A DNA stretch of 64,000 nucleotides, taken from NCBI RefSeq assembly GCF_009914755.1, contig NC_060926.1; one strand, written 5' to 3'. Both the position numbers and the translations under genes were made by a program. This document shows, one piece after another, positions 43,858 through 60,320 of the stretch (the stretch's first letter is position 1; every line of letters begins with the position of its first letter). The DNA is from the human T2T-CHM13v2.0 reference genome, Homo sapiens. The notes under the pieces were generated by a model, which saw only the letters and a list, made by a program, of their open reading frames with translations, searched no databases and was not told the DNA's origin.

Positions 43858-45490
43858 TGGTATGTCTTTTGAAAGGAAATAACTAAATTAAAGTCATAGC
43901 AATCCAGAATAGTGATATATGTGTTGGGAAGCCCAAGTTTTTAGGAGATGGAATAAATTGTTAAAACAGTTACTAACCAATAATTTTAGCTATAATATGC
44001 AATAATGTCATCTAATTATCTTTTTGTTGGAGCACTTGTGCATAGATAGATACTATAAAGTCTGACGTGAGTTCCTTAAATTATATTTAAATGTAGATTA
44101 AAAGCTAGGAAAATTGACATTCAGATTTAGCAAAGAAAGAATAGTATTTTCCTACTATAATGTTACAAAACCATTAAAGACTACAATTTGGTACTGCTCA
44201 TTCCACAACAAGTTGTTGCAGAATATTATGAGGACACAACGGCCCTGAAAATCTTCATTTCCAATATTAAATCCAATGCTCTAGACTTTCTTGTGCTTTT
44301 TGTTTTTAGAGCCCTTGAACAAAACTAAACAAACTTTCAATTTCTCTTAAATCACTCTTTTTGATTTGTTCATAGCAAGAGCATAGTGTCTTGGACTCCG
44401 GAAAGGCTCAGTTCCAGAAAGTCCACATAGGAAGGGTTAATAAAACAACGTTTGATAGGGGTACTTAGGAGGATTCTTTTGAAGCTGCATTTGTACAGCA
44501 AGCCCATAACTTTTTAAAAAATTTGTTTTGAGGTCATGGGAGATTCATATAGAATTGTAATAAATAGTGCAGAGAGATCCTGTGTGATCATTACTCACTT
44601 TCCCTGAATGGTAACGTCTTTCAAAACTATAGTACAATATCACAACCAGGGTATTTACATAAACACAGTCTACCTATCTTAATTCAGATCCTTTACTTTT
44701 ATACTCATGTGAATGTGTGTAGCTGTGCATGTGTGTATTTAATTTCATATCATTTTATCACATGTATAGGCTTGTATATCCACCATCACCATCCCTCATT
44801 TTTAACAGTGTATGTTATAATAAATTAAAAAAAATGCTAAAGCTTTTTAATTTATATTCTAGATCTAGATAGATAAAAAGCTAAAGCTTTTTAATTTATA
44901 TTCTAGATCTAGATCTAGACAGGCATGAGATATAAATCATTCATATTATTATTATTTTGATTGGGGTCACTGGAAAGGCATTGATGAGAATATTACATGA
45001 ACGAAATCCACGCCTCCCCCTACAACTTGCTCTCAACACTGAGGGCATCTGGGGTTAGACTTCAATTAGATACCATGTAACCATCACTTCTTACCTGCAG
45101 CACACATTTCATTTTCAGATTTATTTTCCCTTAAGCTGCATTTCCTATTTTGACATGCTTCTCTACAGAAATCATCCAAGATATTAATATTTTCTTAAGT
45201 CATATGATCCTAATCTTAATGTCATAAACCCCATCCACAAACTGTGGGTAGAGCGAAATGAGGCGTCTTGTTTTGCACCAGTTTTTAAAGCAGAGCAAGT
45301 GCTTTTTGGGCTACAGGACCAGGAGGAAAACTGATTATTAGCTATTGTTTTCTGATACTAAGTCTAGGATGGGATTGATTACATTTTGTACTTTTATTCT
45401 AGAGGTGATGTGACTAAATAGGAAAGCCTGTATTAGACTCCTAAGGAGACAAAAAAGCCACAAAGAACCCTAATCTAATTTAGAGTGTGA

Positions 45491-45780
45491 TGCAGGGCAT
45501 GGTGGCTGATGCCCGTTATCCTGGTACTTCGGAAGGCCGAGGCAGGAGGATTGCTTGAACCCAGTTTGAGATCAGCCTGGGCAACACAGTCTCTACCAAA
45601 AACAAGCAAAATTAGTCAGGTGTGGTGGCATGTGCCTATAGTCCTAGCTATTTGGGAACCTGAGGTGGGAGGATCGCTTAACTCTGGGAGATTGAGGCTA
45701 TAGTGAGCCAAGATCACACCACTGCACTTAAGCCTAGGAAGACCCTGTCTTAAAACAAATACAAAAATAAAAAAATATAT
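45491..45780 (+). mobile_element. AluJ-like
   Basis: Degenerate dimer; gagtgtga repeated on both flanks (45483-45490, 45789-45796). Confidence 0.87.
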
Positions 45781-48359
45781 ATATTTTGGAGTGTGAGTGT
45801 AGAGGAAGTGAGTTGGGAGTTCACTGTATAATGAATACAGCAAGATTCACAAGGTTGCATTATTGTCATCCAGCTTTTTCATAAATATGCATGTAATATG
45901 AAGGTGAATCTAGTAGGAGAATATGACAATCCTACCACTGGAAAAAGCAATTGAACATCAGGTGCATCCTTGTCCGAGATCTACATAAGAAAGATGGCAA
46001 TGTCACTAAAGTTATCATGAAAGGGTTATATTTTCTGATGGGGGATTCTTCAGAAGAATGTTTTCAAGCAGCAAGGAGATTTTTCTGATTGAAATTATTT
46101 ATTTGCTTTATTTCCCTTCTTGCACAATCTTTTCCCATGAGGTTTGAGAACAGGTCTTATTCTTCTTTATATTTCCCTCAGATTTTAGACTGGCTAGTTA
46201 CATGAAATAACTATTCAATAAATATTTACAGAATTATATCATGCCTAAATTTCATATTTCCTGAAGAAAATGCACACCCATATTTTAAAAGAAAACAGAA
46301 GTTGGAAAACAGACCTGCAAATTATAAACTCAGAAATCGATGTCATCCAATGTATGATGCTGGGTCTATTTTTTAATTTTAGCTCCGTTGTTTATTGCAA
46401 GCATCCATCCTTCCTATAAATCCCCACACCTACATCCATAAACAAAGCTAGCTGAAACCCACAGCGATCTGGGTTTCAACGTGTTTCAAAATAAAATCAT
46501 TTAAAAATGATCAGACATTAATTCAACACATTGGTGTTAATTAACTAAGGTCTGAAAATGTCTATAATTATTTTTAGTTGTTACTTGATTAACATAGAGA
46601 AGTATATCACTATTATTTTCTCTAGAAATAAAACTGAGTGGGACAGATTATGAGACACTTCTGACTCACCTAGTTCTCCAAAAGATGCTGGAACAGAGAG
46701 CTACGTATGAACAAGAAATGTGTCAAGTGAAGGAAGGTTGGAAGAAAGTAGAGGGGTATATGCTGGACAAAAGACTACTCAACCCAGTAGTCAACACATT
46801 GTAGATATCTGAAAACTGAGTTTTCCCTCTCCTTTGTGGCAGTCTGGTTCAAGAGGGTATTGTTCTCTCTCCACTGCTTGTCTCCTCATAAATCATCTGA
46901 GCAGAAGGGCTTATTTCCATGCTATGTTCACAGCTACTATACCGTCTAGAACACTACTGGGTCTAAATACATACTAATGAAAATAATGGAGAGAAATTAA
47001 ATATAAGTTGCTATAGTCCCAAAAGAACTCTTAGAATATGGCCATACACATGAGTAAATTACCTTAATCGAAGGTAATATAACCTTGAAAATGTAACAAT
47101 TCCTTTAAAAGTATTAAAAAATACTTTTTTGGAGGACAATATACTATGCTGAGACAAATCAACAGAATTATGAGTTTTGGATTTGACATTCAGCATTCTC
47201 ATTTACATTTGACACCTATAAAACAGAAATATATAAATTTATGAATACACAGAAGTTCCCTAAGGACAGTGATTTTTGTCTATCTGCTGTATTTCTTGAA
47301 TTCTATTGTCTGGCACTCAAACATATATGCTGAATGGATTTATAATTAAAAATAAAAATGTTTGGCTAGTGAAAATATCCTTTCTTGGCCTACAGTTTTC
47401 AGGTTAATGTGGCAGCACCTCGTATCTATGCATGCCAAAACCCTAATAATGATAATCCAAATAATAACACTCATATTGCTATTCCCACTTTATTGGATAG
47501 CTTATGTTTCTCTCTTCAAATAATTAAAACTCAAATAAATTAAACTGGCCATATTTCACCATCCCTCAGATTCATAGGTAATATAAAGGATAAATCAGTA
47601 GCCCAGTAAGAGACAACTAAAAGGTTGAATTTATTATTCTTTGCAACCAATAAGTATGGGCTGAGTTCTTAAACAAGAGTTTTCTGTGATAATTTTTATT
47701 AGGTGCAAAGGGAACTAATGAGGAGAAATAGGTTTAAATTGAAGGTGAGAATTTGGAGGGATCATGAGAAAGAATGTCATGATGATGACAGAATGGTACT
47801 AGCAAGAGTCTTTGGAGTCTTTTGAGAGTGTCAAGGACAGAGTGGGCAGCTACCTGTTCTGGACAATAAGACATCTAGCTAGAAATGATGGAGCCAAACC
47901 AGGTTATCTTTAAGAGCTCAAATAAAGTAACTGATTTATCCAAGAGCATACAGTTACTTAGAGGCAGATCCAAGACTATATGCCATGTATATAAACTAGG
48001 TGCGCTTGGAACCATGGGCTAGGTCATGGTGGAGAGTGACATCTTAAAAATGTTAAAAAAGCTATGCCGTATACATAGTAATATTTCACTCTAGTACATC
48101 ATCACAGAGAGAATATGGCTTTTCTGACATAAATAGTCATAAATTAGTGAAATCTGTTTGAGAACATACAAGCCCCCTGTTCGCACCAATTTAGTTTTGT
48201 TAATAACCGGGAAGATTTGGTTGATCTTCAGAAAGTTTTCTTAGCTGCAGGATTAGCAAAAGGATTCCTCGCTATAAATTGCAGCTTTGATTTGAAATAT
48301 TAGTTTAATAGATGGCTAACATCTTTCAGATCCTAAAAATAAGTAATAAAAAATTACTT

Positions 48360-48706
<347 letters not shown>

Positions 48707-49162
48707 CTAGCAAAACTAGCACATAAACATAGGCTACGTAGCATCTCTGTTCTTTATTAACCACACTTTGGGATCTGCCAGAAAAAAAAAAAAATCAAAG
48801 TACCTTATATATTTAGGTTTGTGTTTATTTCTAAAATACTTATATGACAAAAGTACTACCTCATATCAAAATATTAAAACAGCTTTGATGGCTTCCAGTT
48901 CCCCCGCTGAACCATATGGTTTCAGTTGGGTTTCAGTTGCCCATCAACCCCCGCAATAGCTATCAGAACCAATCCCACGTACCTTACTTCACAGCTGTCA
49001 CTCACTTGCAAAAATTCTAATGTCTAATCACAGTACACTTGGGTTATTTCCCTAAGGAACCCACACTTTGTATATATTGTCTCTCTCCCTCTCTTTCTTC
49101 TCTCTTTTCTCTCTGATCCCATTATTCATTCTATTCATTCAATACTTTCACCTCCCACCTAG

Positions 49163-49525
<363 letters not shown>

Positions 49526-51361
49526 TAAAATCCTCCTCTGGGATTCTTACAGCACCAAGGGTGTACTCCTATCATAGAATGACAATGAACTGTTGCATTT
49601 GTCTCCATACCTGCCAGTTTCCACAAGGAATGTTACATTTACTGAGGTTAGAGACTACATCATGTTAATTTTTGTATCTTACTGCCTAGCACAACACTCG
49701 ATATATAGGGGTACTCATCTAATGTTTGAAGACTGAGTAAATAGCCAAGATTTATTGAGCACCTTCTGTACCCGAAGTGGTACAGGCATTGTACTAAGGA
49801 TATTATATTCAAGGTTCACAGAATCTATCAATTCCTTCTCCCAATCTAGAATTTTCTTTGAAGACCCCGACCAGATGTCCTAGCCCTCACCATCTTCCAA
49901 CTATCAATAATTAGTTAGCCATGCCTCTGGCACATGCAAAAAGTAAGATGATGATACACAAAATATTAACATAAAATTATTACAAGTATCTCTTCCACTG
50001 TATCATGTGCTTAAAATCCCTGATTTCTATTCCTCACCTTGACCCCAAGTGACTAGTGATGAGCTGGACATTTGGTTGGAGCCCAATAAATGTTTGTTGA
50101 ATCACAACCATGGAATTGACAAGAGTCTAGTGATCTTTTTCCTCTTCTAACCATACAGAAAGAAAAAGTCTACCCAGTATACTGCATTAATACGTCCTTG
50201 AAAAATTCTGATTTCTAGTTTGGGCCTCAGGATACTTTTGAAGGAGAGTGAAGAGGTTATGTCTTTGAATTAGGAGAGAAATAATTTCACCATAAATCCC
50301 CAAAGATAATGGGTTCAAAGGTATGTTGCCCTAAGAAAGTTATTTTATTTTTGTTTGAGGCAAGCCGAAAACTATCCCTTCAACTCAATATGCTAAAAAG
50401 ATATCCTTCAACTCAATATGCTAAGTTGTTTGTGTGGCCATATGTTCCTATATTTCTAGGTCAGTCTTGATCAAATACTCTTCTTCCATGCACCCCATAA
50501 ATACACTTGTACTCATCAGCCCATCTGTCCTGCTTTCCTTGGCTTGGAAACTGTGGTCATTGAAAAAGTTCTATTTATTCCCTACCAACCATCTATCTTT
50601 TTTTATGTTTAACAATTTTAAAATTATTTACACTCCCTTTCTGAACAAAAGGAATAAATGGGCAGCTATTGGCAAAGAAGATAAATATGATGAGCTATTC
50701 TATGTTGACATCAAATGACTTAGCAAAGTGCAAGTGGTGGAGCAAAGAAGAGCAGGTTTTCTCCTCATAGTTTAAGGGTTCTGTTACCTTAGGTTGGTAA
50801 ACCAAAATGAACTGGTCTTGGAATGTTCAAGGTCAGTATTGATGCTGCCACTATAGTTTGGTATGCTGGTTTAAAATGCTGCAACCACAGTATATCTACA
50901 TGAATGTGATGGAAATATGAGAGTTCACAGTATATCTATATGAATGTGATGGAAATATGAGAATCTCAGCCCCATGTAGAAATGAGAAGGTAAATGTATC
51001 CCATACACAAAATAAAATAGATGAATAATTCTGGGATGTTCTCGAGTGTGGCATATAGTCACTGACATGGTCACTGCAGTTTGATGCTGTTTCTCAAACT
51101 TGAGTCGTGCACACAAAGTTTTTTTTCATAAAAATAAAAGTTTTAGGTCCCTAAGAATAAATTTACATACCTCACCCTCTTCCCACAGATCCTGAGCATT
51201 CTGATTTGAAAAATAATGTAGTAGTAGTTTAGCCCATGAATTCTAGTATCAGATCTGGATTCGGTGTTCGGTGTGCTTAGTAACCGCAAAACGTTAGGCA
51301 AGTTAACCTTTCTAAACCTCAGTTTCTTCACATGTAAGACCGGGACAAAAAAACCACTACC

Positions 51362-51655
51362 CTTAAGTAAAATAAGCCAGACACAAAAATACAAATATTG
51401 TATGATTCCACCTATATGCAGTATCTAAAGTAGTCAACTCCAGAGAAACAGAAAGTAGAATGATGGTTACCAGGGCCTTGTGGGAGAAGAATACGTGGTG
51501 TTGTTTAATGGGTGTAGATTATCAGTTTTGCAAGATGAAAAAGTTTTGGATATCTGTTGCTCAACAATGTGAATATACTTAACGCTAATGAATTATATAC
51601 TAAAAAATGGTCAAGATAGTAAATTTTATGTAATTTGTTTTTTATGATTAAAAAT
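51362..51655 (+). mobile_element. Old L1M 3' UTR fragment
   Basis: taagtaaaataagccagacacaaaaatacaaatattgtatgattccac...gaaagtagaatgatggttaccaggg motifs. Confidence 0.78.
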
Positions 51656-52169
51656 AATACATGCCCAACAGGATTACAAGAAAACTAAATTTTAAAATAT
51701 GAATATAAAGTACTTTACCTAATACTTGGCAAAGTCAATGCACTTTATAAATAGAGGCTATTGAAAATAAAGCAATCAAAATTTTCAAAAGTAATAAGCA
51801 CACAGAAATTTCTACTGATTCCAGTAAACAATTTTCATTCCCTAGTCACTATTTTTAATTGGTTGTTGATGGGGCCTCAGTCAAGAAGAGCAGTGTACTC
51901 ATTCAGATGATTCATTCATATTGCCAACTTCAGTGATTGCCATGAACCCTGTTCTTTCAGTGAAGCAGTAAGTGGTAACTTGAGAAGTGCCAGCCTCCTA
52001 AGAGGGGTCACTGAGTTACATTTGGTCACATCTACTCAGGCATTCTGGTAGGCAACAACCATTTCAAAAAACCTACTGAGCAGAGCCACACAGATTTTCT
52101 TTCTTCTGGAGAAAATGGGCTGGTGACATGTCTGTTATTTGAAGCAAGAAGCCAAAGTCCTTCTCAAAT

Positions 52170-52650
52170 TGACTCCCACTCTTACCTCGCTGATACATCC
52201 TTTCTCACTTAATTTGCTCCATCTACATTAGCCTTTTTCAGTATGTCTGAAATGCCCCAAACCTACTTACCCTCCAGGGTGTTTGCACTTGCTGTTCTTT
52301 CTACCCAGAACGTTCTTCCTCAATATAGCCAAAGGGATCACCCTCATACCTTCTTCAAGTTTTTGCTCACATGCCACTTTTTCAGTGTAGCTCTCTGTGA
52401 ACATCTTATAAAAATAATTGCCACCATCTTCTTCTTCTGGCCCAGGGACATGTACTTAATTATTTCCACAGTAATAACAGCCACAGATAAATTATATATT
52501 TTAAAAATTTATCTAGTGTCTGTCTCCTTCCAGTATAGTACAAGCTCTATAAAGGTAGGAGTCATTTTCCCTTTTGTTCCCTATTGTATACCGACCTATA
52601 ATAGTGTCTGGTATAAAGTATGCACATATTAAATTTTTTAATGAGTGAAT
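52170..52650 (+). mobile_element. L2 3'-end fragment
   Basis: cctccagggtgtttgcacttgctgttc...aagctctataaaggtagg...tgagtgaatg, typical of the L2 3' end. Boundaries approximate. Confidence 0.6.
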
Positions 52651-53153
52651 GTATTGGTGCAAGCCTTATTCAATATATTAAAAAAAAAAGTAGACTAATC
52701 AAAAGTATTCTCCCCACAAAAGAAACATCTAAGAAAAATTAGTGGCTTCACAAGCATACCCTTATTAAGTTATTTTCCATTAAACTCAAGCCCTTTTCCA
52801 GTTCAGTGAGAGGTCTTCTGTTTCTCTACCATTACCCTAAGTGGAAGGGGTTGGAAAACATAGAAGCTAACACCTCAACAGTTGTTGAAACCAATTTGGG
52901 AATGTAGAGGTACAGGTAGATAAATGTAGTTAATAATGTATTCATTTACAATAATACAAATTTCCTGTTATAGTAATTAGCTTTATGAAAATATTCCTTA
53001 GATTCCTGGTTTATGCTAGAAAATAAAATGTCTATAAATATTATTATATTTGCCATTGGTGTCAATACATGGCTTCTGTTTTGTATTAGGAAAGATAATT
53101 TCCAAAGAAAGAAAATACTAGAAAGAATTCACAACAGTGAGACACAAATCCTG

Positions 53154-53601
<448 letters not shown>

Positions 53602-54799
53602 AAGAATCCCTGTTTTCCCTATTGCAGAAAGTTGCCTTGTAACTGAAAACCAAGACTCATACCATCGGTGATATGCTAGGTGAAGTTAAGTGGTTCAAAA
53701 ACTGTATTTAATTTCTGAATTATAGTTATTTGGATGTGTACTTGGAGGGAAAAAAGTATAACTAGCATATTAAAATTGTAAATATATGAATAATATTTAG
53801 GATGAGATTAATTTCAAAAGTAAATTGTTTAAATGTAAAATATTAATTAAATGATAAGATAGAGAATACATATATATGTCTCAATTATGAAAGTGATATA
53901 CATATAAATGGGGTTTGGGAAAAAAAGCTTGAAGAATCAATTTTGATGGTTTGTGAATTTTCTTTCCAAAGTTAACAGTGCAAGCCAGGGTAAGATGGTA
54001 TTTATATATTAAGACAAATGCAAACAAAATAAGATGAAAATAAATGTAAATAATATGAAGTATTATGATTATTTTAGTAAGAAATGATCTTCTTTGTGAG
54101 TGCCTATTATATTCTAGGCACTCAATAAGACTAGGCATTTTATCTGTTAGCTAAATGCTTGCTAGCAAACTGACTGCAATTGAGTTAGAGCAAGTTGATT
54201 GTTTCCTACATCATACATCCAGGCCATAAATCCAGTTTTGCTGATTCTAGCCTATGTTCTAGGAGAGTTAAAATTTTAGAAACAGCATCCAGAATTCAAT
54301 AAATATATGTTTTTAAAAAACCAAAAGGCAAATTCCGCAAATGAATAAGCTGCTTTTTTTAACATGCTCCTGATGGCTCCCTATGGCAATACTGTGGAAA
54401 AATAGAATCTGAGCCTTATGAACAGGAAATAATAAAAAATAACATTAAACTAAATAGTAACTGTGACACTGGGTCTTTGACAGAGCTCAAAGATTCTGCA
54501 CCTCATGAAATCATATATTTTAATGGGAAGTGTGTAGAACATATACAGTGTGTATAAACATTGTGACAGTATAGGAAGTAACTAACAGGAACTCTAGAGT
54601 GCTGAATGTCTGACTCCTCCGACTTCATCCATTACTGAAAAATTTGTAATGGTAAAAACGTGCCTTCAGTAAGTTATAGTATTTCTGTTCTAGTCTGTTC
54701 TTGTCTATTTATTGGCTTTTTGGAGTTTACCTAGTTACCTATTTTCTCTGAGTCTTAATTTTCTCAGATTAATTAGAAATTAGTTATATTTCATCATTA

Positions 54800-55930
<1,131 letters not shown>

Positions 55931-56642
55931 GCAAATGCCTATGATTTGCCTGAAAATAGAAGGGAGGGATCTAACTATTGTCTGTTTCCTAGGCACGTGC
56001 ACCCTCATTAGACTGTAAGCACCACATGAAGTCAGAAACCATTAGGTTTTATTCACTATTATATCCTTAATACCTGGAATACAGCAGATTTTTCATAAGT
56101 ATCTGAATGAATGTATACACAAATGAATAGAATGTATTTATGGAACACCTGTCATGTGACAATAACTGTGTAAGGTTCATTGCTCAAGTATGAAGCATAG
56201 TAAAATAAATGAAGACAATATGTAAGTTTTAAAACACCTTGTAAATGTAAAATGCTACAAAAGCATTTTTAGAGTTTTAAAAAATCATTTACTTACATGC
56301 AGTTTTAAATCACAGCCCTCAAATAAGTTCCAAATCAGAGATTTTATCAAGATTGTATTTACTTTTTTAAAAAATGGAGTTTTATGCTGCTGTGGTTATG
56401 GAATGTGCTTGTACAATATATATATACATATACATACTGTTTGATGCAGCTCTATACAATGCTGCTTCTTTATAATATTGCTTATGAACTATTTTGTTTA
56501 ATGCCACTGCGTCTATGAAACATTATAGACTATTCTGTTAGTATGCACAGCTTTTCCCATGACCTTAATACTTTGATATACCTAAGCAATGAGAGTGTGG
56601 GAGAATGTATTGCATTCCCCTGGACAACTAACATTAACTCAC

Positions 56643-57000
56643 TGTTACAGACCTAATATGTGTGCCCCCTCTCCACCCATATTCAGATATTGAAATCCTA
56701 ACTCCCAGTGTGATGGGGCCTTTAGGAAGTGATGAGCTCATGAGGGTGAAGACTCATGAATGTGATTAGTTACTTCCCTCATAAAAGAGAGCCCAGAGAG
56801 CTCCCTTACTTCTGCTATGTGAGGATACAGCAAGAAGATGGACGATCATGAATCAGAAAATGGGCCCTCACCAGACACTGAATCTTCCAGAGCCTTCATC
56901 TTGGAGTTCCCAGACTCTAGAACTGTGAGAAACCAATATTTGTTGTTTGAGCTGCCCAGTCTATGGTATTTTTGTTATAGCAGTCAGAATGGACTAAGAT
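56643..57000 (+). mobile_element. MaLR solo LTR (MLT1/MST-like)
   Basis: tgttacagacc...tgaaatcctaactcccagtgtgatgg...gccctcaccagacac...ttgttatagcag...ggactaaga. Confidence 0.8.
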
Positions 57001-57496
57001 CTCAACATACTCTAAATACTCTCAGCAATTGGCTCACCATACTCTAAATAATATAACTCCCTGCCCTGATTGAAAATGTTATGTTCCAAACACAGTCTCC
57101 CCCACTGAGGTCTCTGTCTTTTATTAAGTGTTTTAACGTAGTGGTTGACAAAATATATACAAATAATATTGATCAACATGCTGCAAAGAAAAAAGAAAGT
57201 GCCCACAGCACTCCAGGGGTTCAACTAACAAACCAGTGGGGAGATGAAATAGAATAGAGCTGGTTCTTTGAGGTCAGGGACTGAGGCTTATTCAACATTT
57301 TATCTGAGCTTGTTGTTTATTCAACATTTTATCCGAACTTGGTTTCTAGCATGTAGTAAAATGTCTGATGACTCGACAAAGGAAAAAAAAAAATAGATAC
57401 CTAACATAAGAAGAGCTATTAGTATAAAGACTCTGAAGCTGACTGCCTCTTCATAATTAGGACAGTCAAGGAAAATTCTACCATACACTATATATC

Positions 57497-57556
<60 letters not shown>
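57497..57556. repeat. (AGAT)15 tetranucleotide STR
   Basis: Perfect 60-bp run. Confidence 0.95.
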
Positions 57557-60130
57557 GTATACTAGTCAGGCCTTTAAAAAAGGACAGATAATGACCTACA
57601 GAAAGGAAAAAGTAAGCCAAACAATGATAGTGATGTAAAAAAATGTGGGTCCCAGGAAGTTCTGAGTTATCTATTTTTATTTATCATAATGCCTATGATT
57701 TCCTTCTTCTTTGAAGTTTCCTCACATCTTATTCCAGTTCTCTTCTCTGCTATTGTGATTCTGTCCGGTTTCAGTGGCTCTTCCCAAGGGGGCTGACGAC
57801 AGCGAGGCCTCTGTGCTGTGCTGGGGAGGAGGGTGACCCCTATCTGGGACAGCACATGGTTCTCTTCCCTCAGTGGATGCTGCCAAAGCCGAGCAGGGAA
57901 ATGCGCCCCAGTGTGCATGCTAAATACAAGTTAGGCGCCCTTCAGCGAAGATTTCGGCTTGGCTTCCTTCCCTTGGCTATTAAGCTACATTCCCACAAAA
58001 TTACTACATGTCTGAGGTTTCTAAAACCTTTTGTGTGGATCTCAAACAGTTACTGTGTTGGATCCAAATTTCGACCTTGGTTAAGCAAGCCTCAAATCCG
58101 TTCCAAGCTGCTCCAGGCAGTGATGCTCCAAGGACACCCGATGCAAGGAGGAGATAAGAATAACCTCTACAGCTTGGTGATCACCTACTGTGTGTCAGTC
58201 ATCGTGCTTCACTCTTTGCATGCGGCATCTCATTTAATCCTCACTATAAACTGTGCTTGCTAGCTACTACGACTACTCTAATTACCACTAATTTACAGAT
58301 GGCGAAATGACAGTTTAAGGAAATTAAGAAACTTGTTCAAGTTTTACAACCAATAATTATTAAAGGATTAAAAGTATTGAAACCCTAGCAGTAGACTTCC
58401 ACAGTTGGCAAGGGCCAGGGCAAATGACACCAGAGTGATCTAAACAGCCTGAGTAATAATAAAAGCCATCAATCCAGCACATAAACTGCCTGCACTCTGT
58501 GCATCCCAAAAGACAAAGAGAAAAGTAGTAGGCCATGTTTCTTTATGCATCTAGGTGGCAAGTCTATGAGCTGAGAGACAGTCCCTCTGTGAGGAGAAAC
58601 AGAAGTTCACAAAACAGAGGGCAGGGAGGTTCTCTTAGCTTGTGGCAGGCAATGAGTCAGGAGAGGTAACTTTTGGAACAGAGCTTGCTCTTGGCTTAGG
58701 GAGTAAAAAGTGAAAAGACTTCCAAGGACTAACAGGTTCTCTCCTTACACAGGGTAATGAAGGCTATCACACTCAGGGCTTAGACTTTGTTGATTTATAG
58801 ACTTTGTAATCTATTGCAGTGAGCTTGACTGTTTTGATTCTTTTTTTGATACAGGTATCTAGTTCAGGGGAAAAGATGCTCAGAGTTAGAACCCTTGTGT
58901 ATAGTTTGAGTATGTGGTTAGCGAAAGCCTAGAGAAAAAAATTTTGGGAAAACAATTTTGTCCAAGTGCAGAGAACAAAACTTGCATTACAGCACCAGCA
59001 GCAGAAAGCTTGTCATAAAGATGGGGAAGTGGAGCAGTTTCCCAGAGCACTTTATTTAGGAAGGCCTCGTAGCCAAATGGACCATAATCAAGGTGGTGAT
59101 CAATAATTACTACTCTAAAAAGCCCCTGGCATAGGCCAAATGAACCTCTCTTTCCTCTCCCTTCACCTTGATGCTCTGCTCTCAATCACTACAAAATGAA
59201 ATTCTCCCAGATCAGAGTCTGTAGTTTTTGTGAACAAAGTCATTGATCTCTGATCGTGTGTTATTTTTTGTGAAACTTATAAACTTAAGCATGATTAGGT
59301 GAATGAATACTGTGGCGGGATAAATAAGGTTACCCAATCTTATGTAAATGCACAAGAATATGTTTGGAGCATATTTTCTTCATTCCAGTCAGCCCAGCTC
59401 CACCTCAGTACTTCTGCATTGACAAATGAATTGAAAATGAACACATGGAGTCTGTCATCTAGTCCCAGCAGGGAACTAGTATGATATACTTAAAGGGCAC
59501 TGAATTTACAAGCATGTATATTTCTCTCATATTTTTCTATCTTTAGAATAATATAAACTGTGAGGTATAAAAATATGGTAATTCAACTTGTCTCTTTGAT
59601 ACTATCAATTTTAAAAGCCATCAAATAAGAAGATTTAGATGAAGAAAAGGAAAACACTTTATGAATCAAATAGACTGAAATGCAATATTATATTTGGGGT
59701 TCTATCTGATCCCTGCAGTTAGTGTTCTTACAGAGTAGATTTTGTGGATTAATTGTGTGATGCTATTTTATTTGTTGCTTGCAAAGGGGAAGGTGATCAA
59801 AATTCTTTTGACTTATTTAAAAACATCTATATATTTTGGCCACGTTTTAAAGATTAAAGAAGTGTTTTAAATGGCACATGATAGTTGTTATTACATCCAA
59901 CATATCTAGGCTGTTAAAAACATCTTATTGTATGACATATATTGTAAATGTTAAAGAAAAGTAACTATCACCATATGCTTACAGTTGCATGAGGATGATA
60001 CCCTTGATACCTTAGCCTCTGAAAAGGTATAAAAAAAGGTAAAAATTGTAAAAAAGAAATATATTAATAAACATTGATACATTATTTTGAAATTGACAAT
60101 CTGAAACAATGATATAAACAAATTTGATTT

Positions 60131-60320
60131 TGCTTGGCACTTCTCCTTCCTGCTGCCATGCAAATGAAGAAAGACTTATTTGCTTCGCCTTCCACCATGA
60201 TTGTAAGTTTCCTGAAGTCTCTCCAGCCATGCTGAACTGTGAGTCAATTAAACCTCTTTCCTTCATAAATTACCCAGCCTCGGGCAGTTCTTTAGAGCAG
60301 TGTAAGAACAGACTATTACA
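60131..60320 (+). mobile_element. MaLR LTR 3' half (THE1/MST-like)
   Basis: ccaccatgattgtaagtttcctga...gaactgtgagtcaattaaacctctttccttcataaattaccca...gactattaca. Confidence 0.85.

Noticed and set aside
57401-57595. Possible cryptic minus-strand exon (pyrimidine-rich acceptor ttttcctttctgtAG at 57596-57597, weak donor near 57400)
   Set aside because: It would span the (TCTA)n STR, has a weak donor and no neurexin-like coding content. Such sites are common by chance.
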